A DNA stretch of 64,000 nt from Callorhinchus milii (taxonomy: Eukaryota). The DNA lies in assembly GCF_018977255.1 (NCBI RefSeq), contig NW_024704743.1:28336001-28400000 (forward strand), read 5' to 3'. The position numbers were made by a program, and so were the translations under genes. Position 1 is the stretch's first letter. Each line of letters begins with the position of its first letter. The notes beneath the pieces are model-generated. The model saw nothing but the letters and a program-made list of their open reading frames with translations. It was not told the origin of the DNA and did not search any database. Below, one piece after another: positions 50,536 through 63,569 of this stretch.

Positions 50536-51882
50536 CCAGATCTCTGGCACCAGCCACCACTTCTCCTCTCACATTGACCATCACCTGCAGTCGCACCAGC
50601 AGCTCCAGGTTGTAATGATGAGATCAGCTCAGCCTCAGCACCAGTGAGTAGCACAGGTTTCTCTCCAGGATGCCACAAGCATCCAGTGAGGTTTGGGGAT
50701 AGAACAGACGCACTATTTCGGACCACACCCAAACCAGATGAGAAAATAGTTCAGGTACTGTACTGGACAGGGATGTTGAGTTAACTGTTGTTACAATGAT
50801 CAGGTATGTTTCTCTGATCTGTGTAAATGTGTGTTGTGCTTATTCTATAAATACTGAAGGTTGGATGAGTTAAATAAATACAATGTTAGTGTGGAATTAT
50901 TTGTTATTCTTATATCCGATTTTATTCTCAAAGCCCCTTCCTTGCCTTGGGTTCAGTGGCACAATTTTGGGGTGATATTCCATTCCAGTTTTTGTTCAGT
51001 TTTTGCATTCAAGCTGCAAAGGAAAGTTTGTTCAGCAGCAACATCTCAGCTGTTTGCAATCCTGCTTTTATTCTGCTTCAGTTTTATTTCATTTGCAGAT
51101 AGAATCAACTGCTTCCAGTCACACACTTCAGATGTGTTAAAATAAAACACAATTTCATAAGACAGTTTTATTGTTAAAGATACTTTATTTTTGACTTCCT
51201 TAACAGGAAAAGTAACATTAAGCAAAAACACATTCCATTCGATCAGTTATTTTGAAAATTAACTAAAATATTAATTAGACCCTACCTCATTTTGCATGCA
51301 AACTACATGAAACTGCTCCACAGATTTCACATTGATAAATGTTTTTTTCATTATACAGAATATTTTTACAAAAAAAGGATTTCCTGATCAGACAATAATT
51401 GTTGTTATGGTTATTTAATATGAATACAAATAATATTCTCAAAAAGTTGAATAGAAAACTAGCTCACTCGCAAAGTTATGCCATGAATCAGCAGCAACAT
51501 TTTTTTTTTAAATGCACTGCACAAAGCTGAGTAAAATTAAACTGAATTCTCAAAAATATTCCACTGGGCACTTAGCAATTGCAGTATTCCGATTCATTTT
51601 ACTGGTTAAAACAAAGCACCATTGTAGTTTGTGTGTAATGTTAATAATTTCAATGTGCCATAAAGCCAATGTCTTCCAAGCAATTTCTTAGCATAAATGG
51701 TAGACACTATTATGTTTATTTCGGCCATATAAAAAAAGAATAAAATGTACACGTGGCTGTGCTATTTAAAACAAACCGCACGCTCAGATTATCGGCTTCC
51801 ACCACAACTGTATAAATTCATTTAAAATAGGACTATTTAGCATATTGTAATAACAAAAATAAATTCTGTTGGAGGGGCTGCT

Positions 51883-52577
51883 TTACACCAGCGTCGCCAC
51901 GGATCGCTCTACTTTTTTCTCCTCCAAACGTCTAGCAGGGAGCCGATATTCATCCCCACTTAAGTCTGGCTGGATCTCAACATCTGAGTACAGAACTCTC
52001 TTGAGTGCCTTGACTTTTCTCAGTGTCAAGAAACTCACCACTGCACTCCCACAATACAAGCACGCTGAAATTAGACCAAACAAGGCCACAGAAGCATCCC
52101 CTCCCTGGACATCGCAATTCATAAAGGTGTATCCGCGACCAGCATACAAACGGTACCTCAATCTACATATTTCTGTGCCATTCACCTTAATTATCAGATG
52201 CAGATAGAGTCCTACAGCTATGATGTACCCGATACAGGCAAGCACATTAAACACCACCTCCCCTGTGAGCAGTTTAAAGGAGAGGCGGTGAGGAGGTTTG
52301 GCACCACCCACCAGGAAAAGTAGCGTGAGGGAGCCCACAACAATGGTGAATGCGACCCCTCCATATACTCCTGGAGCTCTCATCTGACTGTACTGCATGT
52401 CGAGCTCCCGCACCTGCTTCAGCTCTGTGCCTTGGAAGGGACTGTAGGCCGAGTCGATGCTGAAAGCTCCAGCCCCGAGTCCTCCCATCGATGTGTATCC
52501 AGATATCGCTACATGGGAAGCGGCTATGCAGATCAGGACCATGAGATTGGTTATAAGTTCTGAAAACTGCAAAACAC
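51883..52577 (-). CDS. MARVELD3: MARVELD3-like terminal exon B (complete MARVEL four-TM domain), distal
   Basis: (G)VLQFSELITNLMVLICIAAS..YSPFQGTELKQVRELDMQY..GVYGGVA..VNGTEICRLRYRLYAGRGYTFMNC resembles the human isoform with GVVQIVEVVLNGMVLICIVAS..YSPFEGTELEQVRQLDQQY. Acceptor ttcacag|GT (phase 1); AATAAA on minus strand at 51715-51720. May be a paralog rather than the ortholog. Confidence 0.85.
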
Positions 52578-54889
52578 CTGTGAACAAAAACGCAAAGATT
52601 GTAAACATTGTAAATATAAAATTTATGAAACTGTTATAAAAACTTTTATAAAACTCTTTTGTTTTCCATTTTTCACTAGTGACAGGTATTCTGGTGACTG
52701 GAGACGGACTGCGGTGTTTACAGCTCTGTATTGTTATTATCCTCCTCAGGAATTATGGTATAATTTGTCTGATGAACCCGATTGCCAGGACAATGGCTGC
52801 CATTATTTGTGCCCACCTGGGAAACTGTCTGATGCAGTAGGCTTACACTTCACAGGGCAAAGTTTCAATCCTGTCTGCTCTGATAGAACGAATGCCCCAA
52901 TAGAGATCAGACTGTATTTGCCTCTTCTCGTGGAAATACAAAAGTGTCAAGTGAGTCACCAAGATGGATTTGCACACTGCTGAGTGACTAAATCAAGAGC
53001 AACATTTGCAAGAGACCTGGACATGGTCATTCGCTTACCCTCTTAGTCGACTGTTGCATCTCATAAAATATGATTTTCTTTCTTAAAAAAGATAAATCAT
53101 TTCATTTATGGACATCAGGATGTCAAATGTGTATATGGTCAATCCTGTAAACATTACACTCAATGGTAAACTGGTAAACATACTTTCTAAATTACAAATT
53201 TTATGTCTGGGCTGCGTCTACTTTATTCCCTTTTAAAGTTCAGTGTGAATCTTTGTATACGTATGGACAACAGGAACTCCCCTTAGATACATGGCAGTTA
53301 TGCTTTAAGACAATAGTTGTCATCATCAGAATACTTCTAATTTAAAGATTAATTGGTTAGTTATCTCTTTGCACTGCATGGGATGCTGCTGGTGTAGATT
53401 AGTTGCCATATTCTGTATAATAATCCTTGCATTTAGCAATATCTTTTTACACTATTTCTTACATTTAAAGATAATTCATTGTATATGTTTTGAGAGCATT
53501 TCACACAATTAAATGGAAACATTCTTTATATTTTGAAAGTGAAGGGAAAGAGGAAATTGTAATCAACTCTCCATAACACAACAATATCCTACAACAGCCA
53601 TGAAGCGAATTTCAACTGGGGATTGTTGGCCAGGACACTGGAAGACTCTACCTTCGCTTTTCAAATACTACTACTACTAACAATAATAATCCTTGAATTT
53701 GATAAAAGCGCTTTATCACATCCTTGAGATGTTTCGAAGTGCTTCACAGAATATACTGTAAAGTGAATTGACTATATTTTGTGGGCGAAATATGGCAGCC
53801 AATAGCGCACAGAACATACTTAGACAGAAGTCCGTAACTCTGTCGAGCTCCTTGGGACGTCCTCCCGACATGAAAGGCGCTATACCAATGTAATTTTGTT
53901 GTTGTTATTTTAAAAATTCATTAAAAGAAAACTTATGGAGATAATTTGTAAATGCACAACAATAACAGAACAGAGTTAAGTTTAATTTTTGGAACGCACA
54001 ATGAGAATATTTCGACATTAACCACCAGCAATTCAAAAAACAAACAGTTTTAGTGCTGAAAGAAGTTTAACCTCCCATGTCTATTAGCATTAATTATTTC
54101 ATTGTTATGATGAATAAATCCTTTGTAAAATGTAGCTGAAAATAGCTGTTTTGCTGAATTTGAACAAGATAGCAGATTTAAATGACTACTTTTTCTAACT
54201 GAGGTTTCATAATGTTTTCTGAACTTTCAAGAAAGCAACTTTGATGGACGCTTCAAAAATAAACGTGAAATAGATTTTATTAAAAAAAACTTGTGGAGAC
54301 AATTTGTAAATGCATTCAGAATAAAGATAAGAAAACAAAATACTGTACCAGCATCCCAAAAGTACATAGTTAACATTTGATATTTAAGCTCTCAAGTATA
54401 AAGCTAAAGTTTCAGGTTGAAAATAACCACTTTCCCTGATCGCACACTTCACACTATTGTAACAGTCTCTAATTTGTTTATGTTTCAAAGGGCTTGCTTG
54501 GTACTTCCAGCAATTTCCAACACATGGTTCACATTTTGCAGAAAACAAGGATAATGGACTTGTTGGCTAAGGAATGTGATAGCATTTCTGTAGTGTGCAT
54601 AGTTACATTCAAACAAAGCAACAGAAAATACACTTCATTTCATTATCCTTCATTCTGATTTCAATTGTTTTAAGAAAAATAATGTGAAATAAAACATCCT
54701 ACATAAAAAAAATCCTTCAAATGGTGGAGGGTTAACTGAAGAGTTGTTCTGTAGCATTTGATACCAGAAACATAAGAATTTAATAGATTCTTTAATGTTT
54801 AAAGACACCATTCCAGTATTCTAAAAACATACACCTAGTTGTAAATTTATACAATGAAAGGGTTCAAAGGAAATTTAATTCAACTACTG

Positions 54890-55090
54890 CATGCATGTCT
54901 TTACCCAGAGAACATGGAACTCACGTGGTTGAAGCAGAAAGTAAGAATGCATTTAAGAGGAAGCTCAATACATACATAAGAGACGAGAATAGAAAGGTAT
55001 GGGGAAGGGAGGAATTGATTAGGATAGGTGGAGAATCATGGAGTATCAACCCTGGCATATCCTAGTTGGGCAAAATGACCGGTTCAATGT
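54890..55090 (+). mobile_element. Degraded CR1 3' fragment
   Basis: tggaactcac..gtggttgaagcagaaag..gcatttaagaggaagct resembles the CR1 ORF2 end and 3' UTR. Confidence 0.55.
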
Positions 55091-55751
55091 AAATATGTTT
55101 TTGTGACATTGACTCAATTGTTTGAATCTCAGGCGTTTTAATTTTCAATTGGCAAATTAACCAAGATTTTACATTTGATGATAAGTGAATGCGTCTTGAA
55201 AGAAAATATTAAGAGCTTAAAATTTTATTTTTTTTAAAAAAAGAATATGTTTAGATTTGAATACATACAAAAACTGCAGAACTGATGAAGAAAACATAAT
55301 GGTATCTTTGCCACACACTGAAACAGTGAAGCTGTCATCAAATGCTTCTTGCATGACTTCTACAATTCCAAGGTGAGGATGTGGCACAATGTAACAGAAA
55401 AACCTACAGTTACCAGTTTAAAAAGTCTATAAATGTGATATTGGTTACTCCAAGTTACAATGCACTTTGGCAGAAACAGCCCAGGAATAGTCTTAATCTG
55501 GTATCTAAATTGCTGTCCAGCATAATAAATTCTGTTCTGAAGTCCGTTGCCACTAAGCTTCCCTGAAAATGATCCATAGCGACCAAAAATTAAAATGAGG
55601 TAATGTAGTTTTTAAAAAGTCAACAAAGCACAGGGAAACTGACATATATACATACGCACACAGTGCAATTTATACAGCCTTTATACTAATATATATATAT
55701 ATATACTGTATACAATTTATACTACCCTTGAAAACAACCTGAAAAGTGGCT

Positions 55752-55984
55752 TCAGTGAATTGACTGTGTATTTGTGGGCGAACGCGGCAGCCAATTGCGC
55801 ACAGCAATGTCCCACAAACAGTTGTAGATTGAAAATGACCAATTTATTATTGTTTTTGGTTTGGGAGGGATTATTATTAGGCGTGTGGAGTAAGGAAACT
55901 TGCCCAAGGTGTCGCCCTGCCTGGAATTGAACTCAGGTCTCTCGTTTGCAAAGCGAGTGCTCTAACCACTGAGCTACAGGACTC
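55752..55984 (-). mobile_element. tRNA-Deu-L2 SINE with intact tRNA-like head
   Basis: Reverse complement of head cctgtagctcagtggttagagcactcgctttgcaaacgagagacctgagttcaattcc, plus Deu core. Confidence 0.88.
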
Positions 55985-56399
55985 CTCCTAGGTGACCTTT
56001 CTCTCTCTAGCCCAGGTGTACCGTGGTAGTCTCCTAACCATTACCTTGGCCGTGACCAGCAAAGTCAGCACAGACGAGAGGTCTTCCTACTTCGTGATTC
56101 AGTTACACACAAAAAATGGACAGGAAGTCTTAAAATTCCTTGAAATTAAAAGCTACTCCAACACACGATTAAAATGTTACACAGTCTCACTAGTAAGATA
56201 ATGAAGCAATGAACTAGAGTGTCAAAAGTGTGACCTTGAGCAATTGTATGTTCCTCAAACATTTAAGAAAATATATAGGAAAGCTTCATGTGACTATCTG
56301 TTCCGTAACCCTTCCAAAGGAATCTTAATGAAAGCATGCCATATATAATAGGGCATGGCACCTCTTTCCCCCTGTCTTGTTGCAAACCCACCTTTGTTT

Positions 56400-56625
56400 T
56401 GTATTATTAACATCTCTTTAACCCATCATCCCCTGTTCCTCACCCCATTTTCTCCTTTGTCTTACTTGTCCTGCCTCCCCACTCGCTGTTAGTCCTTAAA
56501 AGCCTTTCCCTCCCAACATGCCCCAGTTCTGATGAAGGGTCATGGATCCGAAACATTGACTCACTTTCCTTTCTCCATAGATGCTGCCTGACCTTCTGAG
56601 TGTTCCCAGCGACTTCTGTTTTTCT
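56400..56625 (+). mobile_element. Penelope-like element terminal remnant
   Basis: ttctgatgaagggtc..gaaac..tctccatagatgctgcctgacc..tgagtgttcccagc..ttctgttttt resembles the common chondrichthyan PLE terminal repeat as recalled. Confidence 0.6.
56525..56561 (+). ncRNA. Degenerate minimal type I hammerhead ribozyme motif
   Basis: AGTT-CTGATGA-A-GGGTC-atg-GATCC-GAAA-CA-TT-GACT: conserved core, 5-bp stem II, 4-bp stem I. Confidence 0.55.
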
Positions 56626-57242
56626 TCATATATAATATTTATATTCCCTGATACTGCCAGATCCTAAATAATTCCCTTTTCACCTATACAATATTCTAAC
56701 ACAACTAAGAAAAACAACCCTGAAATATAAAAGTAAGCCAAAGACATCTGACATGAAGTTCAAATTACTAATCATTAGAATAGGTTATTCTCTCCTTTAA
56801 TTCCTTCAAAAAGTTACCTTCATGAAATCCAATCTACCCGCTCTGTTAATATCACACATCTTCTGTTCTGTCAATGTGCTCACACAGTAGATAACTCCAA
56901 ACACTTTTACCTTACTTCATGGACTACCTGGTTATGATGTGTGAAACTTTGCCTATAGGTGGAGCCCTAGTGAAAACTTTAGCAGATAATCCCAGCGAGT
57001 TAAACAGAATCACATGAAATTTGAAACAATTTTAGCATATTCTCTGCAAAGTAACAAGTTCACAGATGTTTCTATCCTAAAGTTTTAATTGCTCATAGAA
57101 ATACAACTGGCTGTAGGCTGGCCAAAGAGGTCATGGGTACTGAAACCACATATTCCATCAATATATCTAGCTGATTATCAATGTAGTGATGAATAGTATA
57201 GCAACATTAATATGTTTGAATTTATTTTGAATTAATAACAGC

Positions 57243-57916
57243 TTATACAAAAAGGTCGGATTCCATTGGCACCACCTCAGAGGCTGCACTGCGTTTCCAC
57301 ACAGTAGAAGCCGCTGGGGGTTTTGTGCTTTGTGGCTGTGCCGCCCGTAACTCTCGGTAAGCCAAGACTCCAAAAACCACTCCGGCAATGTAAACAACAA
57401 TAAGCATGACAGCAAAGATGGAAACTGCAACCTCTGTGCCAAGTATGTCACATTTTACAGAGGTATAGCCATGCCGGTTATAGAGAGATTCTCTCCTTTT
57501 GCACATGTCAGTAGCATTTGTTTTCTTAATGTAATGAAGGTACAGTGCTACTCCTATGAGGTAAGCCAGACCTGAAAGAACATTTACAACACATTCTCCA
57601 AGCAGGACATTTGCATTTTTGTTGCTCCCCATCACACATCCAACTATGAGAAAGGCCAAAGCAAAGGCAAACAGAATAACACTGATCCCTACAGCACAGT
57701 ACACAGTTGCCGACTTCTTATAGTTGTATTGTACATCCAGTTCACCGATCTCCTGGACTTCCTTCCCTAGAAATCCACTGTTGGCATAACCCATGATGTA
57801 ATGATAGGTACTCCCGAAGCCTCCGATACTTTGGAACCCTGCAGAGGCACTTTGGGTTGTTGCAGCACAGATCAGGACCACCAGGTTCAGAATGATCTCA
57901 ACCAACTGCAAGAGTC
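57243..57916 (-). CDS. MARVELD3: MARVELD3-like terminal exon A (complete MARVEL four-TM domain), proximal
   Basis: (G)LLQLVEIILNLVVLICAA..YHYIMGYANSGFLGKEVQEIGELDVQY..MCKRRESLYNRHGY resembles the human isoform with YYYQFGGAYSGFDG..QLDVQF..CKERQALYQSKGY. Acceptor ttacag|GA (phase 1); AATAAA on minus strand at 57221-57226. Confidence 0.85.
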
Positions 57917-59799
57917 CTGTAACAACCAGAGCGAGGAAGTAGTTAGTGGTCATACCAGCAGCAACCAGCACACCACCAGCCCCACAACACCTTATCGCAA
58001 TAGTACTTGCATTCTCCTTTTTGATCGTGCTTACAGTCACCTCTCCCCTCCTTCTGGCTTGGGGTCAGACTCCACCACTGTTAAGCGCTCTGGGACATAA
58101 CCCAGTGGGAAGGACGCTATATAAATGCAAGTTGTTGTTGCACAAAGAGAACCAATCCACAACGAGGCATTGACAGACAGCTAAGAAATTTGCAAAATAG
58201 AATACAGATTCAATGAAATTTGTTTTTTTTCAAAACATAAGGTTATATATCTCTCTCTGAGCCATATGCTTGCTACAAAAGGCTGCAATGCACTGAACGG
58301 GCATTCACTGAAAATAGCCTTCCGCCACTCTGCATCCACCCTCTGGAACTCCATCCCGCAGTCCCTCCGACTCGCCCCTTCCCTCGCCACCTTCAAGACC
58401 CTTCTCTTTGACCATGCTTTCGATCGCCTTGCTTCCCACGCTGCCCTCCCCAACCCCGACCCTCAGCTCGGGTCCATAAATCTGTCTGTCCAGCACCTTG
58501 GGACATCCTCCTGACGTGAAAGGCACTATACAAATGTAATCTTATTGTTGTTGTTTAACTTGCGTCTTATTTGCTTTTTTGAAACTCCCAAAGTGACACC
58601 ACTGAAATCAATACTTTACGGTTTCTAATGTTAGATGGTTCCTAAATTAGACCTAAATCACACAAAATATATTTGTAGAGCTGAAGTTTGAGTTTAAAGA
58701 ATGCAATGAAATTTACATTTATATAGCGCTTTTCAGGTTGGGAGGACTTTTCCAAGGTCTTCAGTTTTTAACTCTGACACTACCCTGGGTGAAGGGTGCT
58801 ATATAAATACAAATTGTTGTTTTGTTGGATGGGCATCCAAGCTGAAGATAGGAGCAGAGGGGTGATGGAGAAGGGAAAGATCACCAAAAATGCGGTCAAA
58901 GAGGTACATCTTGAGACATGCTTTGAAAGAGGGGAGGTAGGCTATGAGTCGGAGGGACTCCGGGATAGAGTTCTAGAAAACAGGGGCGGAATGGCTAAAA
59001 ACCTGCCCACTGACGGTGGGATAGATAGGGCAGAGGACATGAAGCAGGCTGGTAGGTGCTCATTGAGTAAAGGGAGTGACTACGTGGGCAGGGTTGAAGG
59101 AGTTTGCAACACCATGGAGGAATTTAAAGGTGACAAGCAGGATAGGGGCGATAGACTTGCTGAACCTGCTTGTAGAAGAGGGCATGTACTGTAGTTTGGA
59201 GCAATTCTCTATTGGCCAGAAAGCTATCATCTATTGCTACTGTTAGGAAATGCAACACAACTATAATGCATGCAAACTGTGGGGCACCTCATCCATGGTC
59301 TACTGACTTTCAAATCATGAATACTTCTACCATCCTCAAGGACTCCCTGGAGCACAGATACATATTCACCATCTACACCAGGCAAGAGGATCTTTCTCCT
59401 TGTTTTTGTAGTCCTAATAGGCAATCTAGTTCACAGCACAAAACACTCTGTGAATTGCCAATTTCACAGAGAGGCTAAAAGGATGGGCAGAGTCGATAAA
59501 GGAAACGTCACACTGGTGCAACAGATCCTTTCCACTCAATGTTCAGGCAACCAAAACCCGTATGACGGAATATTGTACGCAGTTTGTTTATGGCAGGTTA
59601 CAGTATTTACCCGAAACAGCAGCTGGCTATGTGTTTTAAGACATAATTTGGGTCACAGGGTTATGTTGACATTTGCACACAATTGAAGTGTCATTCTCAA
59701 AATCAATCTAGTGAAATATAACTTTGCAACTAATTTAACTCACTCTCAGGGATCAATTGTTTAATATTAAAGATAAATCAGCTTTAGGGCTAAGCTTAA

Positions 59800-60170
59800 A
59801 CAACAACAACAAAATTGCATTTATAAAGCGCCTTTCACGTCGGGAGGACGTCCCAAAGCCCTAAATCAGCTTTAGTGCTAAGCTTAAACAACAACAACAA
59901 AATTGCATTTATAAAGAGCTTTTCACGTCGGGAGGACGTCCCAAAGTCAGGTGTCGGGGCCCGAGAATGGGGGAGGGGTGGTGTAGGAGTGAGAGAAGGC
60001 AGAGAGGTGGGAGGGAGACCAAAGCCACGGTCGAGAAAAGGGTCTTGAGACCGACCTTGAAGGAGGCGATGGAGGAAGCGAGGCAAAGGGACCATGGGAT
60101 GGAATTCCAGAGTGTGGGGACAGAGAGGCTGAAAGCCCGGCCACCGATGGTAGGGCGGGTCGGGCGGGGC
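59800..60170 (-). mobile_element. L2 3' fragment with duplicated tail
   Basis: [21 protein letters not shown]; tail plus flank repeated in tandem at 59774-59946. Confidence 0.85.
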
Positions 60171-61589
60171 AAAGACTTACTTCAGTAGAGACTTACTGAA
60201 AATACTGTAGGAGGACAAATGAGGAAACCGTTACACTGTAAAGGCAGTAGCGATAGAGTCAATCCAATCACAGGCAGCAACCACAATTAAGCGACTATCA
60301 ATGGCACCACTTCCTCACAGAACAAACATGAAGCATTATACAGGGCAACTCCTTTATAATGCAATGTCTCAGATCCAAAAGATTAGACACCAGATTATCT
60401 TGGGTCTAGCAAAAAAAAACAAAGACTGCTGCCTGCCCCCCAACATAGCCCCCCCACCCCAGCTGCTTGCGCCCCCACCGCCCCCCACCCCGCAACCGAG
60501 TCAGCAGATTGCTGCCAATGCCACTACTTGCAAACATGTGGACTATATGCAGGAAGTGCCACTGACTGAACTTCCTTCACGCTGTACACGGGTAAGTGCC
60601 ATTGATGTAATTTCCTTTGAGAAGGAGGTTAAGGTGAGTGGAACATCCTGCACATCGCACACAAGATGCAACATCGCAGGAGACCTGAAGACCCATAAGG
60701 TGTCTTTTTTTTTAAAAAAAAAGGACGCCAGCTTGTTAATGCCAGATGTTGGTTGTTCCAGCATATAAGCGACCCCTCCACCCACCCCGCACTCAAATGG
60801 GGTTCTTTCTAATCAGATCACCTTGTATCACTATTCAACTGATCAGTGAGCAACCACAGATCATGCGCTACAAGTGCAACTTTATAATGTTTACTGAGCA
60901 CAAAAACGAGGGCAGACACCTTCAGCTCCGCACAATTGATAATTTACCAGTGGTGAATCAATAACCGCTACAACATTTTTACAAAAATGCACACTAGCGA
61001 AAAGATATTGCTATTCATTATTTGAATTTACAAATATATTTTGAATGCATAGTACCTAGTCAAGTATCGATAATAAATAGGATGATTAGGTATGAAATGG
61101 CATTGAATTTCACTCGTTATTCACCTCACCTTGCTGCAAGTTTCAAACACAAATTCCACTTGAATAAAAAAATCATAAAGTTTTGTTCACAAAACAGCAC
61201 AGCACAGCAATGCATGAAGCTCCTTATCTCCAGAAGGAAGGATAAGCTTAACTTTTGGCCAGGCGCTTCACGTGACAAATACACAATTAAGATAGTGGAA
61301 GTTCAAATAAAAATGTGCTCCTTGCAATTGGATGCTGCACCACAATTAAGGTACAGCCTACAAGTAGTCCGAAACATAGTTTGGGCTAAAGCACTGAGTT
61401 GGAATTTGCGTGCCTATTCTTTATGACAGGATGGAGCAAATACAAATACAGAAAACATTGATTAAAGTAGGTAACACACAATGTAACCTAATAGGACTTT
61501 GTGGTTCTGTTTTAGAGTCCTCAAAATTGCTCTCCAGCTATCAATGTCACATGATATCTCATGTATGGCAATAGATAGATCTTCAGTTA

Positions 61590-61940
61590 ATAATAATCCT
61601 TGCATTTGATATAACACCTTATCACGTCTTTGAGACATCTCAAAGTGCTTCACACAATATACTGTAAAATGAATTGACTGTATATTTTGTGGGTGAAACG
61701 AGGCAGCCAATTGCGTACAGCAGTGTCACACAAACAGTCGTGGATTGAGTGACCAATTTATTATTATTATTTTTTGAAGGAATTATTACCCCGGAAAAGC
61801 AATCCACCAATTGACTAACAACCGGGTTCCTACTTACTGCTAGGTAAACTGAGGCACGTGGAGTAAGGAAACTTGTCCTGCCGGGAATCAAACCCAGGTC
61901 TCTCGCTTTCGAGTTCTCTAACTGCTGAGCTACAGGACTC
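61590..61940 (-). mobile_element. tRNA-Deu-L2 SINE
   Basis: Tail, Deu core and tRNA-like head as in the other copies. Confidence 0.85.
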
Positions 61941-62666
61941 ACAGTTAAGTTCTGTGATATAAGAAAATAGAAGCCTTGCACTTAATAGTTTTTAATCTTT
62001 TTCACATCAGGAATGTCACTCAAAACACTTCACAGGATATAAAGTGAAGTGATTGTATTTCGTTGGGGTTAACAGAACAGCCTATTTTCACACAGCAATG
62101 TTCCACAAACAGCCATGAAGCGAATTACCATTTTTATCTGGGGGATTGTTGGCAATAATTCAACAGCTGTTGTGATGACTATAATTCAGTATGATTTTTG
62201 AATCATCTAAGAAGCTCCAAGATTTTGACAAAGTCGTTTTCAGGTGGTAAAAATGCAATTTCATATAAGGGCAACTTACTTTCAAGAATATTGTACCAGT
62301 GTTCAAATTCATTCCCAAACTAGGCCCCAGTCCATCTACTGTTTACAATCATTGTATACATTCCAGCCCATACATTCCACTGTTGACCTCTGGTTTATTT
62401 TGTGCTCCTTTTTCTTTCGTCACTTATGGCTGCACTTTCAACTACCATACCGGCTTCAAAAGCTCCCCCCAAAAAATCTTTTCAATCATGTCTTTGATTA
62501 ACATAATCCCCTTTCTTTGACAAGATATTTGCACAGGTAGAAACTGCCATTAGAAACTTGGGTGGGGGGTGGGGGATTATGTCAGATGTCGTTTATGTGA
62601 GATTTAAAAATGGAGCACTCAGCTCCAAATCAACTAGCTTGTTTCCAAATCTTACTGTTATTTGGA

Positions 62667-63490
62667 AACAACAACAACAACAAGATTCCATTTATAAAGC
62701 GCCTTTCACGTCAGGAGGACGTCCCAAGGCGCTGCACAGTTGGGTCATGACCTGAGCAGGGGGGAAATGGTCAGGGTGAGGGGAGGGAAGGGAGGGAGCG
62801 AGGAGGGGGGAAATGGTCAGGGTGAGGGGAGGGAAGGGAGGGAGCGAGGAGGGGGGAAATGGTCAGGGTGAGGGGAGGGAAGGGAGGGAGCGAGGAGGGG
62901 GAAGAGAGTCGAGAGGGGAGCTGAAGGCACGGTCAAAGAGAAAGGTTTTGAGACCGGCCTTGAAGGAGGAAAGGGAGGCGGCGGCGAAGGCACTGGGGGA
63001 TGGAGTTCCAGAGCCTCGGGGCTGAGAGGCTGAAGGCCCGACCACCGATGGTAGGGCGGTTGGGGCGGGGGACGTGGAGCAGACCATAGCCAGAGGAACG
63101 GAGGGTACGGGCAGGTAGGTAGGGGGATAGTAGGTTGGAGAGGTAGGAGGGAGCAAGGCCGTGAATGGCCTTGTAGGTGAGGATGAGGATCTTGAAATCA
63201 ATCCTCTGGGGGATGGGGAGCCAGTGGAGGCGAGCGAGGGTGGGAGTGATGTGGTCGCGAAGCCTGGTGCGGGACAGTACACGAGCTGCAGAGTTCTGAA
63301 TGACCTGCAGCTTGTGGAGGGAGGTGGCGGGGAAGGCCGGCGAGGAGAGAGTTCCCGTAGTCCAGCCTTGAGGTGACAAAGGCGTGAACCAGGGTTTCAG
63401 CAGCGTGAGGGGTGAGGTAGTGCCGTAGTGTGGCGATGTTCCGGAGGTGATGGAAGGCGGTGCCAGTTGTGGTGCGGATGTGAGGGAGAA
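62667..63490 (-). mobile_element. Young L2 LINE 3' end, near-identical to 10690-11465
   Basis: Same ORF2 C-terminal peptide (ATSLHKLQVIQNSAARVLSRTRLRDHITPTLARLHWLP..) and 3' UTR. Confidence 0.93.
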
Positions 63491-63569
63491 AAGTGGAAGG
63501 AAAGTGGAGAGTGGAAGTACCAGAAATTTGGGTACATTCAAATGTCTTGACATAAACATCACCCTAACA

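Noticed and set aside
53031..53065. Donor-like AGG|gtaagc upstream of MARVEL exon B, as a possible private first exon
   Set aside because: The phase-1 frame needed to join 52577 has a TAA immediately before the donor.
57917..58040. N-terminal extension of ORF 57243..58040
   Set aside because: Lies upstream of a clear acceptor and overlaps an L2 tail; intronic read-through.
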